DNA of 63,181 nucleotides, counting the filler, from Bdellovibrionota bacterium (lineage in GTDB: Bacteria > Bdellovibrionota > Bdellovibrionia > Bdellovibrionales > JAEYZS01), in assembly GCA_963169515.1 (NCBI GenBank). It is 5 parts of 5 records of this genome, joined end to end, with 100 filler letters (N's around TTAATTAATTAA, not from the genome) between each part and the next. Parts side by side here need not be neighbours in the genome. Positions count along the whole stretch, not along the records: positions 1 to 31,135 come from CAUJEF010000019.1; 4 more parts are not named here. The stretch is one strand, 5' to 3'. Numbering within the stretch: position 1 is the first letter of the stretch; the number at the start of each line of letters is the position of its first letter. The notes below the pieces were generated by a model. The model made no database searches. It worked only from the letters and a program-made list of their open reading frames with translations, and was not told the DNA's origin. Shown in pieces: positions 1 to 8,773 of this stretch. A program made the position numbers and the translations under genes.

Positions 1-355
1 CCCCACCCTTTCCCTTGATATAAGCCAGAACTCCTTTGATTTGTTCCTCTGTGAGGGCCTGGTCGGGCATAACTATCTTGTATTCATCAACAAGCGCTTT
101 CGCTACGGGGTCTCCGGAATTAACCATTGCCTGGGACGATTTTATCCATTTAATCAACCAGTCTTCCGAACGCCGCTCAGTAATTCCAGCCAAATCGGGG
201 CCAACAAGACGTCCGCCACCTATATTATGGCACGCCGCACAGTATTGTTGATAGGTCGTACCAAAATCTTCGGCGAAAACAATTTCCCAAATTCCAAAAA
301 CGATAAGGCACGCCACAATCACTGTCCGGCGAGCTGCGCATCCCCCGTTGTTCAT
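1..355 (-). CDS. c-type cytochrome, N-terminal part; continues past the window start; absent from the ORF track
   Basis: Manual translation from ATG 355 (SD GAAAGGA): MNNGGCAARRTVIVACLIVFGIWEIVFAEDFGTTYQQYCAACHNIGGGRLVGPDLAGITERRSEDWLIKWI...MPDQALTEEQIKGVLAYIK. Signal peptide, CxxCH heme motif, GPDL and distal Met. Confidence 0.9.
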   Translation of the reverse strand, partial: MNNGGCAARRTVIVACLIVFGIWEIVFAEDFGTTYQQYCAACHNIGGGRLVGPDLAGITERRSEDWLIKWIKSSQAMVNSGDPVAKALVDEYKIVMPDQALTEEQIKGVLAYIKGKGG

Positions 356-430
356 GCTGAAATCCTTTCGAATGTGCTTCTCAAGCCCTTGCCCAAATTT
401 TTTTAAGTGCCCTAGAATATCCTTCGTTGA

Positions 431-446
431 TTACAGTCCGCTTACA
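431..446 (-). promoter_or_regulatory. Candidate winged-helix operator, TGTAA-N6-TGTAA direct repeat upstream of the cytochrome c
   Basis: TTACA at 431-435 and 442-446 (11-bp period), typical of OmpR/SARP wHTH sites; adjacent gene encodes such a regulator. Confidence 0.4.
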
Positions 447-479
447 AATGTAAAGTTTATTGAAATCTTAATTGATGCT

Positions 480-2423
480 TTAATTTTGAACAAATTTTGT
501 TTCTAGAGCTCGATGTGTGCGAATAAATTCAGCAGATGGCTCCGCGCCGATGTCTTCTTTAAATAAGCGCAGACACTCAAGGCTTTGGCTGTACGCTTCC
601 TTGACTCGTCCCATTTTTAAATAAATCGCAATCATGGTTTGGTGCAAATCTTCGCGAAGAGGATCTGCCTTGAGGGCCTTGCGCGTGAAATTAAGAGCTT
701 GTGGCAAATCGTCTTGACTCAAATAGGCTTCAGAGAGTTTTGCCAGAATACTGATAAGCTGGTCTTGTGCTACCGCACGCTCCCCGCTGCACCATTCGGC
801 GTAAGGGTCATCCTCAAACAGCCCTCCCCGGCAGAGTTCTGTTGCGGCGATCAAATTTTGAATCATTTTTATTATGTCTTTATTATTTTTTGAGAATTGC
901 TCTGCAGAACGCGCGAGTTCTCGGAATTGGTGCAAATCCACGTAAACGTCGGCCCTCGGGTTGAACAAATAATTCTCGCCTTCGCTCAGAATATAAATAC
1001 AATTTTCCTTTTCAGAATTTGGTTCGATTGCGTGGCGTAGGGCATGAATAACCCCATAAAGACGATTCAATCGAGCTTCTTCGGCTTCTTCTGTTGGCCA
1101 AAGCAGATCGATCAGACGATTCCGATGAATCGGCCTCCCCGCGTTCAAAACTAAAATTTTTAACAGCAAGAGCGCTCTGCGCCGGGAGAATGCCTTCGAT
1201 GGCAAAACATTTCCATTAATTCGCACCTCGAAGTGTCCAAAACAGCGAATCTCTAATCTCGGCGGCACAGGCTGTGGCGTCTCATGTCGATCCTTCAGTC
1301 TTAGCGCCGTCTCGTGCGCAGCAACCTGGAGTGCGGCAAGCGCATGAATGGGATGTTTAATGCTTTTCTTATCGAAGCCTAAAACGGTTACTCCTTTTGT
1401 GTTTTCTCCAACCTGGAACGATATGCAACACGCGCCTGAGCCGTCGAGAGAAATCTCCTCGCATCCCACGAAACACTGCTTTGTAACGCCTTGATGTGCT
1501 CGGCCAGTTCCCACTGGACACGCAGGCATTCGTTGCGACCTTTCGGCTGCCTTGAGTGACACACACTTGGGCGACGCCCCCCCCATAGAAATATTTTCTA
1601 ATACTGTCTCTGTTCTTGAATCCCACATTACCAAATGTCCTGTCTGTGCGCCGCTCGATTGCAAAAAAGCTTTTAAGGCAAATTGAAAAGGACCCGGCTT
1701 TTCAGTCTTATTCGCGGAATCCAGCTCTTGGGCGATCTGCTCGCGCAGCTTCCAAAACGATCCGCTTATCAGATTGCCCAGCGGCTGAACTATCAGCATT
1801 AAAATACGATTCAAGTTTTCACGGTGTATGTCTTCGCGCCGCCAGGCCAAATCAAGACAACCTATCGGCACCCCTTTATGCCCAGGAATGGGAACGCTTG
1901 CAAAAGTCTGCACGCCTGATGCCGAAACCGCTTTTTTTCTTAAAAATTTCCGTTCTTTAACTATTTGATTTGATACCAATATGCGATTTTCAAAAAATGC
2001 TTTGCCAGGGAATCCCTGCCCAGATTGAAATCGATTTTTTTGCAAAAAGATGTCTTGCCCGACGCCCGCACACGCGGAAAGGAGCAATTCATCCTTTTCG
2101 CCGACCAAAAACAGTTCCCCATAGTCTGCACCAAGTTCCTGTCTAATGTGATCTATTGACCATTCAAGGCCGAGCTGAAAATTATTCAAATAAATTGGGG
2201 CCCCAGCAAGTGCGGCAAAAACCCTGGCTAGGCGGACTTTTTTTCTATTAAACAAAAAGATTGTTTCGTCTATGAAAGAACATTTTTCCGACGGAAAGGA
2301 TTCTTTGCATTTTTTTTGGCAAACCTGTAGTTTTTTGAAAAGGCACTCGTGCCCATTTGAATCAGTTGTCATGCCCCTCTTGGAATGCCCGTTCCCTTCA
2401 ATTTTGTCTACATTGCTCTTCAT
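480..2423 (-). CDS. GAF-domain + wHTH + BTAD (SARP/DnrI-like) transcriptional regulator, Cys-rich
   Basis: GAF-like segment (GQGFPGKAF...FASVPI...IGCLDL), LEIRCFGHFEVRING...LIDLLWP wHTH, and BTAD/TPR tail (DPLREDLHQTMI...GAEPS). Confidence 0.85.
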   Translation of the reverse strand: MKSNVDKIEGNGHSKRGMTTDSNGHECLFKKLQVCQKKCKESFPSEKCSFIDETIFLFNRKKVRLARVFAALAGAPIYLNNFQLGLEWSIDHIRQELGADYGELFLVGEKDELLLSACAGVGQDIFLQKNRFQSGQGFPGKAFFENRILVSNQIVKERKFLRKKAVSASGVQTFASVPIPGHKGVPIGCLDLAWRREDIHRENLNRILMLIVQPLGNLISGSFWKLREQIAQELDSANKTEKPGPFQFALKAFLQSSGAQTGHLVMWDSRTETVLENISMGGASPKCVSLKAAERSQRMPACPVGTGRAHQGVTKQCFVGCEEISLDGSGACCISFQVGENTKGVTVLGFDKKSIKHPIHALAALQVAAHETALRLKDRHETPQPVPPRLEIRCFGHFEVRINGNVLPSKAFSRRRALLLLKILVLNAGRPIHRNRLIDLLWPTEEAEEARLNRLYGVIHALRHAIEPNSEKENCIYILSEGENYLFNPRADVYVDLHQFRELARSAEQFSKNNKDIIKMIQNLIAATELCRGGLFEDDPYAEWCSGERAVAQDQLISILAKLSEAYLSQDDLPQALNFTRKALKADPLREDLHQTMIAIYLKMGRVKEAYSQSLECLRLFKEDIGAEPSAEFIRTHRALETKFVQN

Positions 2424-2488
2424 TCAGAATTGATATAGCGTGAAGATTTCAAAAACAAAAGAGTTCTTGTTTATCATTTTTATAAAAC

Positions 2489-2563
2489 TGGCTCAGGCGG
2501 CAGGGTTCGAACCTGCGACCAACCGGTTAACAGCCGGTTGCTCTACCACTGAGCTACGCCTGA
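2489..2563 (-). tRNA. tRNA-Asn(GTT)
   Basis: Reverse complement TCAGGCGTAGCTCAGTGGTAGAGCAACCGGCTGTTAACCGGTTGGTCGCAGGTTCGAACCCTGCCGCCTGAGCCA; cloverleaf, encoded CCA. Confidence 0.97.
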
Positions 2564-2626
2564 ACATAGAGGGCTCTTGGTAAGAGCTCTATAAAAACGA
2601 TTTGGCATTATTTTGTCAAGGAAGGT

Positions 2627-3145
2627 CTATTTCCTAGAAATCATTGTTTTGAGGGTATTTATCATCTCAAGGAATTGCCGTGAATAAAAAGCCTTTTCCC
2701 CAAACAGGAACGCTGGGGTTTCTATTCCAAATTTTATCGTTTGCCCATCTACGTAATTAAAGACAATTTGATCTGGGAAAATATATTTTTTGGTAGAGGT
2801 TGCCAGATCAATCCGCCGCTCAGCCTTGACCCTACACAGCAATACGAGCCACTTTTCCATGTCGACGGGTGGCAATTCCAATTCGTTTGCTTTCCAGGTT
2901 TTCCCGCTATTCTGTATGTTATATGATCGGCCATCCCATTGAAATTGAACGTCTTTAACTCGCGTTATACACAAGTCAAATTGGGGAAGGATAGAAAGGT
3001 CATTTTTGCTGTACTGAGCATCTCCATCCAAATGAAAAAGCTCCTTGCTAACTCCCCGTGTATTAAGCTGCTTCATTGCGTAAAACACTCCGCCAAGGGC
3101 GCCCAACATCAAAACGATTCTTAGTATCCAACCCGCATTTTTCAT
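2627..3145 (-). CDS. Hypothetical membrane-anchored periplasmic protein
   Basis: Likely start ATG 3145 (MKNAGWILRIVLMLGALGGVFYAM), one N-terminal TM helix; no family recognised. Confidence 0.65.
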   Translation of the reverse strand: MKNAGWILRIVLMLGALGGVFYAMKQLNTRGVSKELFHLDGDAQYSKNDLSILPQFDLCITRVKDVQFQWDGRSYNIQNSGKTWKANELELPPVDMEKWLVLLCRVKAERRIDLATSTKKYIFPDQIVFNYVDGQTIKFGIETPAFLFGEKAFYSRQFLEMINTLKTMISRK

Positions 3146-3207
3146 AAAGATGTTTTCCAATTTTTGTCTTGTATAGATCAAGCGCGCACCGGAAATCAAT
3201 CAATATG

Positions 3208-3450
3208 TTAGCGCTTTGGAAGCTCCATTTTGTTCCAGGCCGGTGGATCACTGGCAGGAAATGATTGCCAGGACGCTTCGTCCACAGCGTCTCGGCGAGG
3301 TTCCTCTCGTTTTAAGCTTTGTGATTGTTTTTTCTTATGCCAAAGGTGTCTGACGGTTAAAAAAACGGCCGCCCCCGCCAAACAACTGAAGATTGCAATA
3401 AACTTTTTTTGTTGAAGCGGGTAAGACCCGCGAAATGTCAGCATTTCCAT
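3208..3450 (-). CDS. Small membrane protein with C-terminal DxVDEASxxSFPASDPPxW motif
   Basis: TM helix, basic stretch, then DAVDEASWQSFPASDPPAW, a motif of small uncharacterised bacterial proteins; start uncertain. Confidence 0.75.
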   Translation of the reverse strand: MEMLTFRGSYPLQQKKFIAIFSCLAGAAVFLTVRHLWHKKKQSQSLKREEPRRDAVDEASWQSFPASDPPAWNKMELPKR

Positions 3451-3462
3451 ATCAAAAGCGCG

Positions 3463-3478
3463 TGCAAGTCGCGTACCC
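3463..3478 (-). promoter_or_regulatory. sigma54 (-24/-12) promoter candidate for the SFPASDPP protein
   Basis: Reverse complement GGGTACGCGACTTGCA = GG-N10-GC with TTGCA. Confidence 0.55.
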
Positions 3479-3596
3479 TCTCAAAAATCTTCAGTATTGA
3501 GCATTTTGCCCCTTCGGGGAGCTCCGCCCCCCATAAAATTAGAGAGCACCCAAAGGCACTGTAGGCATACTGTTTGCTCTGTACAGTTGCAGCACT

Positions 3597-5741
3597 ATGC
3601 GCACAATAAATATATTACTTTGCTTGTCATTACTGTCACAGATTTCATATGCACAAGAAAAAAACCCCTCGGGCGTCAAAGCTGTTTGTGTAAGGCTTTT
3701 TGACTGGGTCCGTGGGAAATCGTCAAAAAAAACAACAAACGCTTCTCCCCACGTTCCCGTCCCGTTCAGACCGTTCTCCCCCGCATTTGGCGTTGACCAA
3801 GAGGCGCCCTTGGATGCCTTCCCCACGATTTCTCGCGCATTGTACGATGTTCATGACTATATATCTGAACACTACAATGAGCGAAAAGATCGCCCGAACT
3901 GGGCTCAGATCTTTGAAAAATATCTTCGTCCTGCAATACGCTCTGGCTCAAAAGAAGTCATCGTTTCCATTATCGGCCCAACAAATGCAGGAAAATCCAG
4001 CCTGTTTAATTTTATTCCGTCTTATTACCGTCACTCAAAATTATCCTCGCCCGAAATCTCTAAAGTCACTTTTCACATGGGAACCACCGCTCGTCCTGTG
4101 ATTATGGCTAATCCGAATTCCGTAGATGGACCACGATTGACGGCTCGCTTGGGGCCGCTAAAGGCGTGGGAAAATGCGGAAGAGAGCGCACAGAGCGGGC
4201 TACCGGTTATCTACCCCATTCCCGATTTTTATAAGAAATTGGTATTTGTAGACAATCCTGCCTTCGACTCTGAGAAACGAATCGAAGAGGCGAAAAAAAC
4301 CTTTCTGTGGTCTGATGTTGTCTTGTATGTATTTTCTTCCCCAAATGACTGGAACATTGGATTCATGCGAAGCCTTTTTAATGAAATTGGGGTCCGACCC
4401 GTCATTTTGGTGTTTCGGGGAAGCCACCATTCCAGTCAAAGTGAAGCGACTTACAACACGCAAGAAGTATCAAGGGCTATTTTCCCGAACACCCTGTTGA
4501 GCACAGAAACGGGCCTTCCTGTTCCGGTGGTTGGTTCTTATGTTATTCACGAGTCCGAAAGGAAGGATGGCCGTCCCATTTCCGTGTGGCCTGAGCCCCT
4601 CTTGTCTTCGCCCGAATTTTCATTTTTATTAAATAACATGGATAGCAATTTTGAACGGGTTCGTCAGCGCTCGTTGCGGAGCGCGTTTGTTTTTGCCTTG
4701 CAGGGCTATACAGAAGAGCTTCGAGAAAATAAAAAAAAAGAGGAGCACCGTCAGTTAATTCAAGATTTGCTCGAAGTCGTTCTGGCCCAGTCTGTAACTG
4801 AAGCCGGAACAAAAATTCCATCTTTTGGTCTTACAAAAGAGCTAGAAAAATTTTGGTTAGGACATTCTAGTGGAATTAGAAAACTTGGCCGCGCAATCGG
4901 GTTTTTAAAAACTTTTAGAACGAAACCCCCTGATTTTAATCTGTCGGCAAAATCTCTTCAAGAAATTCAACTCTTCCTTCAGGGCTATGTTGATAAAGCA
5001 ATTTCACAGTTTTTGCTTACAATTTCCAGGGGGCGGATCGAAATTAATACGAAAACCCCAGGCGCAAACACCCTAATCAAATTAATTGATGACTATAGAT
5101 CAGAATTTGGAATTGCCACCGCGGCCCCCCCATACGTTCAACACATAAGTAAAGACGAGGTCGTCATCGCCATTGCAGAACCCAATCAAATTCAAAAAAT
5201 TATGGAATCTAACCTGAACCGCGATTGGTCTGCTATTACCGCCGCCGCGAAAAAAGATATTATTGACGATTTCAATTCTTTGTCGGCCGTAATACAGGGT
5301 GAATTCCTCACCGTCGCACGAGACCGATTTAAATCTGCAGGAATTTCTGGGAAAGCTGCGCGCCTAATTCTTCCTTATTTGGCCGTCACTCCTGCTGTCG
5401 TTGCCCTGTCTTTGATATGGTCACAGGGCCGAACGCTTATAGATGTGGGGTCTTGGCTCATGATTGGTGGCGCAATGGTGGGGGCCCATTATATTTCTAA
5501 GTGGGACGATATGGTCTTAAGAAAAGAATGGGAACAAATAATAGACATTTGGTTTCAAGAAAACCAACAGCCGCGATTATTTAAAATTTTACGAAAGCAC
5601 ATTTTGGATCGAACATCGAATCAAGCCCACCAAACCGGGCAAGACAGCACTTTTCGTTCAATCGAATTAGCAGACCAAGCAATTGAAGAGCTCACACAGC
5701 AGCCAACATTGCTTTTAAAAGAAAAATTAGAAGAAAAGTAG
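3597..5741 (+). CDS. Dynamin-like/TRAFAC P-loop GTPase with N-terminal signal peptide and C-terminal TM hairpin
   Basis: G1 GPTNAGKS, G2-like GTT, degenerate G3 DNPA, long helical region, two hydrophobic helices near residues 590-635; signal-like MRTINILLCLSLLSQISYA|QE. Confidence 0.7.
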   Translation: MRTINILLCLSLLSQISYAQEKNPSGVKAVCVRLFDWVRGKSSKKTTNASPHVPVPFRPFSPAFGVDQEAPLDAFPTISRALYDVHDYISEHYNERKDRPNWAQIFEKYLRPAIRSGSKEVIVSIIGPTNAGKSSLFNFIPSYYRHSKLSSPEISKVTFHMGTTARPVIMANPNSVDGPRLTARLGPLKAWENAEESAQSGLPVIYPIPDFYKKLVFVDNPAFDSEKRIEEAKKTFLWSDVVLYVFSSPNDWNIGFMRSLFNEIGVRPVILVFRGSHHSSQSEATYNTQEVSRAIFPNTLLSTETGLPVPVVGSYVIHESERKDGRPISVWPEPLLSSPEFSFLLNNMDSNFERVRQRSLRSAFVFALQGYTEELRENKKKEEHRQLIQDLLEVVLAQSVTEAGTKIPSFGLTKELEKFWLGHSSGIRKLGRAIGFLKTFRTKPPDFNLSAKSLQEIQLFLQGYVDKAISQFLLTISRGRIEINTKTPGANTLIKLIDDYRSEFGIATAAPPYVQHISKDEVVIAIAEPNQIQKIMESNLNRDWSAITAAAKKDIIDDFNSLSAVIQGEFLTVARDRFKSAGISGKAARLILPYLAVTPAVVALSLIWSQGRTLIDVGSWLMIGGAMVGAHYISKWDDMVLRKEWEQIIDIWFQENQQPRLFKILRKHILDRTSNQAHQTGQDSTFRSIELADQAIEELTQQPTLLLKEKLEEK

Positions 5742-5750
5742 AATCAATCT

Positions 5751-5778
5751 CTATCGGCAAGCGCTCCCTGAGTGTTTA
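5751..5778 (-). promoter_or_regulatory. sigma28 (FliA)-like promoter pointing antisense into the GTPase gene
   Basis: Reverse complement TAAA-N16-GCCGATAG. Confidence 0.55.
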
Positions 5779-5935
5779 TATTGATACGCATAGCGCTTTA
5801 ACATTGGTTAACTTTTGAATATTTCAAGATAGAAAACAGAAGAGGGGGTTGATTGATCACGGGGCCGTATTTTTAATCTCTATCATGGAGACGAAAGGCT
5901 GCGTTACAAAGCTAGTATTTTTGGGACTAATAAAT

Positions 5936-6029
5936 TGGCGGAAGGGGGGGGATTTGAACCCCCGGTACGGGTTTAAGCCCGTACGACAGTTTAGCAAACT
6001 GCTGGTTTAAACCACTCACCCACCCTTCC
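5936..6029 (-). tRNA. tRNA-Ser(GCT)
   Basis: Reverse complement GGAAGGGTGGGTGAGTGGTTTAAACCAGCAGTTTGCTAAACTGTC...GGTTCAAATCCCCCCCCTTCCGCCA; long variable arm. Confidence 0.96.
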
Positions 6030-6194
6030 AGTAAGAAACCTTTGGTTTAAGCTAACACTTATACTACCTCGTATTCTCAGGCAAATTGTGATTGATCAGA
6101 CAAGATGTTATTGCTTAAAATTTGCCTGTTGCGGCGCAATAAATTTAGTTGCCTCAGCGGCCAAAAGACTCTAGAAATAAAATTCTTTTTGTGC

Positions 6195-6271
6195 GCGCTC
6201 GTAGCTCAGTTGGATAGAGTACATGACTACGAATCATGTGGTCGGTGGTTCAAGTCCTCCCGAGCGCGCCA
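6195..6271 (+). tRNA. tRNA-Arg(ACG)
   Basis: GCGCTCGTAGCTCAGTTGGATAGAGTACATGACTACGAATCATGTGGTCGGTGGTTCAAGTCCTCCCGAGCGCGCCA. Confidence 0.97.
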
Positions 6272-6277
6272 TTTTTC

Positions 6278-7546
6278 CTATTTTGAATTTTTTGAAAGCA
6301 CGTGTGTTCGCCATTCTTTGCTTACGATCAAGCGCGCCCCTCGCCCGAATGTGATATACGACCAGGCCCAGCTCAAAAAGACAAAAAGGCGATTTTTAAA
6401 TCCTATCAAATAATAAATATGAACAGCAAGCCACATAAACCAAGCAACGATTCCGACAAACTTTGCTTTGTTCATTTGTCCAACAGCCGATTTCCGGCCG
6501 ATTGCTGCCATCTGCCCCTTGTCCACATAGTGAAATGACGGGCGCGGTTTGTTGTCTATGTCTGCTTTTAATATTTTTACCATGTGTCGTCCCTGCTGAA
6601 TTGCAACAGGCGCAAGGCCTGGCAAAACTTCTCCCTTGTCTTCAAAATGCGCTTGATCGCCCAATACAAAAACCTCAGGGTGATTTTTGATGCTTAAATC
6701 GGACTCAACAATAACTCGACCCTGTTTATCCAATGGAACCTTCAGGGTCTTATTTACCGATGATGGCAAAACGCCCGCCGCCCAGAGCGCCGTTTTTGTT
6801 GGTATAAGTTCTTCGCCAACATAAACTCCGTCCGCTGTTATATTTGTCACGCGACGATTGGTCCAAACCGTCACGCCGCGTTTTTCAAGATCTTTAGCCG
6901 CGCGCGCGGACAGATCTTCTGCAAATGAAGGCAATAAGCGAGGCCCTGCCTCTATTAAAATAATACGAGTACTCTTTGAATCTATCGCGGTAAAATCTTT
7001 AGCCAAAGTAAATCGACTGATTTCACCCAATGCGCCAGCAAGCTCAACGCCCGTAGGCCCGCCACCAACTACTACAAATGTTTGTAGTAGTTTTTGCTTC
7101 TCGGCGCTTGTTTCACGTTCTGCAAGCTCGTACGCCAAGAGCACACGCCTACGAATTTCTGTTGCTTGTTCCAATGTTTTAAGTCCGGGAGCATTTTCTT
7201 CCCACTCATCGTGGCCAAAATAACTGTGTTTTGATCCGCAAGCTAAAATCAGATAGTCATAAAATAGCGTTGCGAAATCTGTCGTTACTGTTTTTTTGGA
7301 TAAATCAACAGAGTGTACATTTCCCAAAAAAACTTTAACATTTTTATTCCCCGAAAGGATTGTGCGAATCGGGGTCGCAATTTCCGCGGGACTAAGCCCC
7401 GCCATAGCAACTTGATACAATAGTGGCTGAAACAGATGATGATTTCTGCGATCGACAATTGTTATTTTAAATTTATTGGCTTTTGCTAGCGCCTTGGCCG
7501 CATTAAGCCCCCCAAATCCGCCGCCGACAACCAACACATGCTTCAT
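6278..7546 (-). CDS. ndh: Type II NADH dehydrogenase (NDH-2)
   Basis: Start ATG 7546 after SD AAAGGAG; VVGGGFGG, HLFQPLLYQVA, GGGPTGVELAG, WAAGV, C-terminal membrane anchor. Confidence 0.93.
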   Translation of the reverse strand: MKHVLVVGGGFGGLNAAKALAKANKFKITIVDRRNHHLFQPLLYQVAMAGLSPAEIATPIRTILSGNKNVKVFLGNVHSVDLSKKTVTTDFATLFYDYLILACGSKHSYFGHDEWEENAPGLKTLEQATEIRRRVLLAYELAERETSAEKQKLLQTFVVVGGGPTGVELAGALGEISRFTLAKDFTAIDSKSTRIILIEAGPRLLPSFAEDLSARAAKDLEKRGVTVWTNRRVTNITADGVYVGEELIPTKTALWAAGVLPSSVNKTLKVPLDKQGRVIVESDLSIKNHPEVFVLGDQAHFEDKGEVLPGLAPVAIQQGRHMVKILKADIDNKPRPSFHYVDKGQMAAIGRKSAVGQMNKAKFVGIVAWFMWLAVHIYYLIGFKNRLFVFLSWAWSYITFGRGARLIVSKEWRTHVLSKNSK

Positions 7547-7562
7547 AGGGGAACTCCTTTTT

Positions 7563-8033
7563 TTACTTGGCAAGCTTTGAAATGCTTTTTTCCTCAAGGC
7601 GATTAATAAGCCATCCGGACATCGGCTTTGCTCCAAGCCTGTTATAGAAATCAATGGCTCTCGTGTTCCAATCGAGGACGGCCCATTCCATGCGGCCACA
7701 TTTTTTTTGTTTTGCAATCTTTGCGAGTTCTTTTAGTAACTGCAGCCCAAACCCATATGATCGATATTCTGGTATTACAAACAGATCTTCGAGATAAAGG
7801 CCCGGACGCCCGAGAAAGGTCGAAAAGTTAAAAAAGTAAATCGCGTAAGCAACGATTTTGCCCTCAATCTCGCCAAGAATTGCATGGGCAAATCTCTCTT
7901 TACCAAACATTGACTGAATAAGAATTTTTGGCGTCAACACCACTTCGTTCTCAAGCTTTTCGAACGCGGCAAGCTTTTTGATAAGGCTAATTATAGTTGG
8001 CACATCGGCCTTTGTAGCTTTTCGAACTTTCAT
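7563..8033 (-). CDS. GNAT acetyltransferase (diamine N-acetyltransferase-like)
   Basis: FSTFLGRPGLYLEDLFV, GRMEWAVLDWNTRAIDFY. Confidence 0.9.
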   Translation of the reverse strand: MKVRKATKADVPTIISLIKKLAAFEKLENEVVLTPKILIQSMFGKERFAHAILGEIEGKIVAYAIYFFNFSTFLGRPGLYLEDLFVIPEYRSYGFGLQLLKELAKIAKQKKCGRMEWAVLDWNTRAIDFYNRLGAKPMSGWLINRLEEKSISKLAK

Positions 8034-8132
8034 TTTCACAAGCGTCAACTTAGCCTTGCCGCAACGCCTCTAGCAATTCAATAACTCAGAAACGGTTGAA
8101 TTTTTCGCCCACCACCACTACTTTCTGATCCC

Positions 8133-8222
8133 GGAAAGCTGGCAGAGTGGTTGATCGCACCGGTCTTGAAAACCGGAAAGCCTTCACGGGCTTCGAGGGT
8201 TCGAATCCCTCGCTTTCCGCCA
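8133..8222 (+). tRNA. tRNA-Ser(TGA)
   Basis: GGAAAGCTGGCAGAGTGGTTGATCGCACCGGTCTTGAAAACCGG...GGTTCGAATCCCTCGCTTTCCGCCA; long variable arm. Confidence 0.97.
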
Positions 8223-8248
8223 ATTAAAAATTTATTCAAATTCATTTT

Positions 8249-8761
8249 TTAATCTGAAACCGGCAACAACAGATCCTCCAGAAAAAATGCCGACAGCTCT
8301 GAGCGCCCAGAAATTCTTGCTTTGGAATAAATTGCCATTGATTGTACTCGCGCCGTTTTTTCGGTTGTCTCCCTCGTCTCGGCAATTTCCTTGAGGCTAA
8401 GTCCCTTCAACAAAAGAAAGGCCACTTCCTTTTCTGCAACGGTTAGCCCCCACTTAGAAAGCTGTTGGTCAATCGCTTTGGCCAAGCCGTCCACGTACTT
8501 TCTGGATTCTGCGCGCCACGCGTCTGCCTCGCGCCGGAAAACAGAAAAGTCTTCCTTCTCCCTTTCAAGTCGGCGGCGAAGCGCGACCGTTCCCCTCAAA
8601 AGGTAGAACACCCCAACAACGGCAACAAGTCCAATAATGCCCTCGACAAGTACATGCCAAAAAGCAACCCCCTCGATAAAATCGGTAAAAATATCAAAGC
8701 CCACAAGAACAGCAACGACCACCAGAATTCCAGTAACAATAAATCGCTCTCGCTGCTTCAT
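8249..8761 (-). CDS. Membrane-anchored LuxR-family transcriptional regulator
   Basis: Two N-terminal TM helices, coiled coil, LTxAEKEVAFLLLKGLSLKEIA...IYSK...GRSEL LuxR HTH. Confidence 0.9.
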   Translation of the reverse strand: MKQRERFIVTGILVVVAVLVGFDIFTDFIEGVAFWHVLVEGIIGLVAVVGVFYLLRGTVALRRRLEREKEDFSVFRREADAWRAESRKYVDGLAKAIDQQLSKWGLTVAEKEVAFLLLKGLSLKEIAETRETTEKTARVQSMAIYSKARISGRSELSAFFLEDLLLPVSD

Positions 8762-8773
8762 AAAAATTCTTCT

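Noticed and set aside
36..406. Two plus-strand ORFs at the window start
   Set aside because: The real gene is the minus-strand CxxCH cytochrome c.
6105..6413. 102-aa ORF, and likewise the 62-aa ORF at 46980-47168
   Set aside because: They run through tRNA-Arg and tRNA-Leu respectively; spurious.
8133..8222. tRNA with anticodon TGA as a UGA suppressor or tRNA-Sec
   Set aside because: Anticodon UGA reads UCA serine codons. A UGA-decoding tRNA needs anticodon UCA, and none is in this window.
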